Assembly (NCBI GenBank): GCA_030704615.1
Contig: JAKLZA010000040.1
Span: 1-25,000, forward strand
Length of the DNA: 25,000 nt
Source: Takakia lepidozioides
Lineage: Eukaryota > Plantae > Bryophyta
Reading direction: 5' to 3'
The position numbers and the translations under genes are program-made. Shown here in pieces: positions 22,508-25,000 of the stretch (its first letter is position 1; each line of letters starts with the position of its first letter). Below the pieces are notes generated by a model. The model searched no databases, was not told where the DNA came from, and was given only the letters and a program-made list of their open reading frames with translations.

Positions 22508-24703
22508 TAGCAAAATGAACCCTTATGGCACTATCACAGGCATTCTATTCAATCTTATAACTCTGGTCCAAGGTGGTGTCGTGAACATATTCTACACCGA
22601 TTCGGAAAGAAGAGCTCATGTGCATGAGAACCCTCCGAAACCCAGGGGTGGCAGCAACTTATTGTCTTCTGAAAACTGCAACAGATACAACTTGGCAGGG
22701 CGAACCAAATGCATGCTGGGGACAACAAACCTTAGTCTGGTAAGGAATACCTACGCACTGAATAATTTAAATTATAGTGTACAATTTGTTGGGTTGGGTT
22801 TTCCTCTTAGACGAACAGGAATCAGATATCTGGAATCAGACAAAGTAAGACAAAGTAAACTGATTGTGACTTTGCTTACTCAACTCAAGTTCAGCACAAT
22901 TGCTTTAGTGGGAGGCACAGATGCAGTATCACGAGTCCCAACCAGCTTTTTGACATTCCAGACCTATCATATTCTTATGGAGTTATCCAACTTACAAGGC
23001 TGATTTTGTTCTTATGGGTTTGTTATCATTGGCCAGTCCTCCTTTGAGTCAACTCTGCTCACTATCTGGGTGCCTTGTATATATACACAGCTACCATACT
23101 TGCCAGTTTGTACTTTATCGTAGTTCACTTTTTGTTGCAGGTTGCTTTTCAGATATAGCTCCAGGATTGAGGAGTGTGGATGCAAGAACAATGTATGCAG
23201 ATTCTTCCCTTACCTTGCTCTGTTTATCTTGTCAGCACCAAGTTCTTGAGATAATCAGGGTATTTCATCATGGTAAATAGGGCTCTTGATCAGTAGCTGG
23301 TCAGTGCGTCATGGAAGACAGAACCCCTCTGAAGATGCAATAATTAGTAAATGTTGGTAATTATCACAAGTGCGTCTCATGGGATTGGAACATTGTTCAC
23401 ACCACAGGCAAAGAGGTCCTCTTGACTAAGAGCGAGATCCTCTATTTTCTGCAGACTCCATGTGTGTCTGATTTTTGTTGGTGATTGAAGTAAACGTAAA
23501 TGATGGTATACAAGGTGAGTCTTAGACTTGCAAAATATATTCCCAGCCCAAAAAAAGTCCCCGCCTCTTTCTCTATGAACATATGCTACATTGAGCAGAG
23601 TCATTGGAGAGACTGATTCACTGGTGCCTTGGAAACGGAGGTGTGACTCAGTTCCTGCTTGGGCTTGACTACAAAGTTTGCTCAATTAGCTCATCATTAG
23701 TTGGGATAGGACAACCTGCTTTGATTACTCCTCTTCCCCTATATTCTGTGTAAAACTTGCACTTCAGTTGGGACGCTGCATCGACTATCCATGTTCTCAG
23801 GCACAATCCTTAAAGCCTAACTTCAAATCTCTAATGCCACAGCAGCAGGGGTTTCCAGCCACGTCCTAGGTACCTGTCAGCCTCCAGGAAGAGTCACTAA
23901 CACGACAAGAGGTTTCAGTGTGATTTGAGTGGGAATTAAGGAGTGTCCACCTTACAATCGGATCAGCTGAAAGAGGCAGGACAACAAGACATCCGGATGG
24001 ATTGGTGGGGATTGATCCATGAACGACGTCACTTCTTGACAAGACAAGTTACAGAGTAGTCTTTGGGAAAGTTTGCAAAAAGGCCATTGGAGTCCGGGCC
24101 TGCTACCTACTTGGGTGTTACATTCACGGTGGCTTGTTTGCAAAAAGCCTTGTCAACCGACGTACAAGGTGCCACCTCGGTGCTACCAATCATTATTACA
24201 AGGATCAAAGCGAGATGATCAGTATTTCTATCCTGCCACAGACCGGAAAAAGCCTACAGGATTGGATTTCCAACCTCACTTGTCCAGAATTTCCTGCTAA
24301 AGTTGAGGAATGATCATTGGGGATGCTGATTGTGAAGACTCGCTTTCCACCTCTCTGACATAACATCTGGTGGGTCCATAAGATATGACATTGTCATCTG
24401 TTCCCATGATCATCACGTTCAGTAATGGCCAGCAATGATCCCGCAGTGGCACGCGGCAATGGCCGCTTGTCACTGCTGCTCTTACCGACCTTTGCTTTGT
24501 ATAGCCTTTCCTCTCTCTCAACAATATGAAAAAACAAAACTGGCACATGTTTCCACCACAAAATTGTCGGGTGGGTGAGAAGCGGCGGCAGAGTCGGTGG
24601 CCAAATAGACTGCTCAGTTCGTTACTCACAAGTCTAGTCACTGCTCAACCCTGCACTTGCTGTTGCGGCACCTGGCGAACTGCCTGACAAAAGCTGCTCA
24701 CCA

Positions 24704-24880
24704 TTATATAGCTTCCCCCACACTCCTCCATCACTCAGGCACTAACTTACCACAGCCTTACCAAGCTGCATGTCTGCAACAATCTACGCAGGTAGGTAGC
24801 TGGGTGGCACAGGTGGAGCAGATTGCGCAAACATCCCAGACTGGGGAGATCCCAGTAACCCAGTTTATGTACACTCGCAG
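24704..24880 (+). promoter_or_regulatory. Possible TATA promoter, first exon and first intron of a gene beginning at the right edge
   Basis: TTATATAG at 24704-24711, pyrimidine/CA initiator-like CTCCATCACTCA ~20-30 nt downstream, donor CAG|GTAGGT at 24792 and acceptor CTCGCAG at 24880 (89-nt intron). Motif evidence only. Confidence 0.35.
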
Positions 24881-25000
24881 ATGTACAGACTCACTCTGGG
24901 ACTCATCATTCAAGGCCATGACAAATGGTACCCCGTTGTCAGACTCAGGGCGTGCGGATCATCATGAGGGACGGAACAGTTTCGTATGGCCATCCAATGA

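Noticed and set aside
22515-24641. ORFs 22515-23003, 23377-23685 and 24297-24641, and an isolated YLGVTF string near 24108
   Set aside because: No domain recognised and no other RT motifs nearby.
1-25000. CRISPR arrays, tRNA/rRNA genes, prokaryotic operons
   Set aside because: No regularly spaced repeats or RNA-gene structures seen; the sequence is spliceosomal-intron-containing eukaryotic DNA.

Overview
Eukaryotic, intron-rich nuclear DNA, most consistent with a seedless land plant with flagellated sperm (bryophyte, lycophyte or fern). This is inferred from a plant-type ABCG half-transporter lying next to ciliary genes. I reconstructed four genes by hand from GT-AG splice sites and reading-frame phase. 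(1) The 5' part of a SPAG17/PF6-like central-pair gene on the minus strand, from ATG 4336 off the left edge. (2) A 5-exon ABCG half-transporter of the AtABCG1/2/6/16/20 clade on the minus strand, 9606-5471, 867 aa. (3) A 9-exon COG0523/CobW G3E GTPase (putative metallochaperone) on the minus strand, 16147-11976, 536 aa. (4) A CCDC24-like gene on the plus strand, 19979-22507. There are also 3' fragments of a non-LTR retroelement with a terminal stem-loop and (ATTTC)n tail, and a long (CT)n microsatellite. The most unusual item is the CobW protein. After a complete GTPase and CobW_C core it carries an extra ~120-aa domain that aligns by eye with the C-terminal small domain of group II PLP-dependent aromatic amino acid decarboxylases. 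It ends in a Cys/His tail (CPCRCEMVPHTH) completed by a 28-nt terminal exon. All family assignments come from recalled sequences; no search was run.
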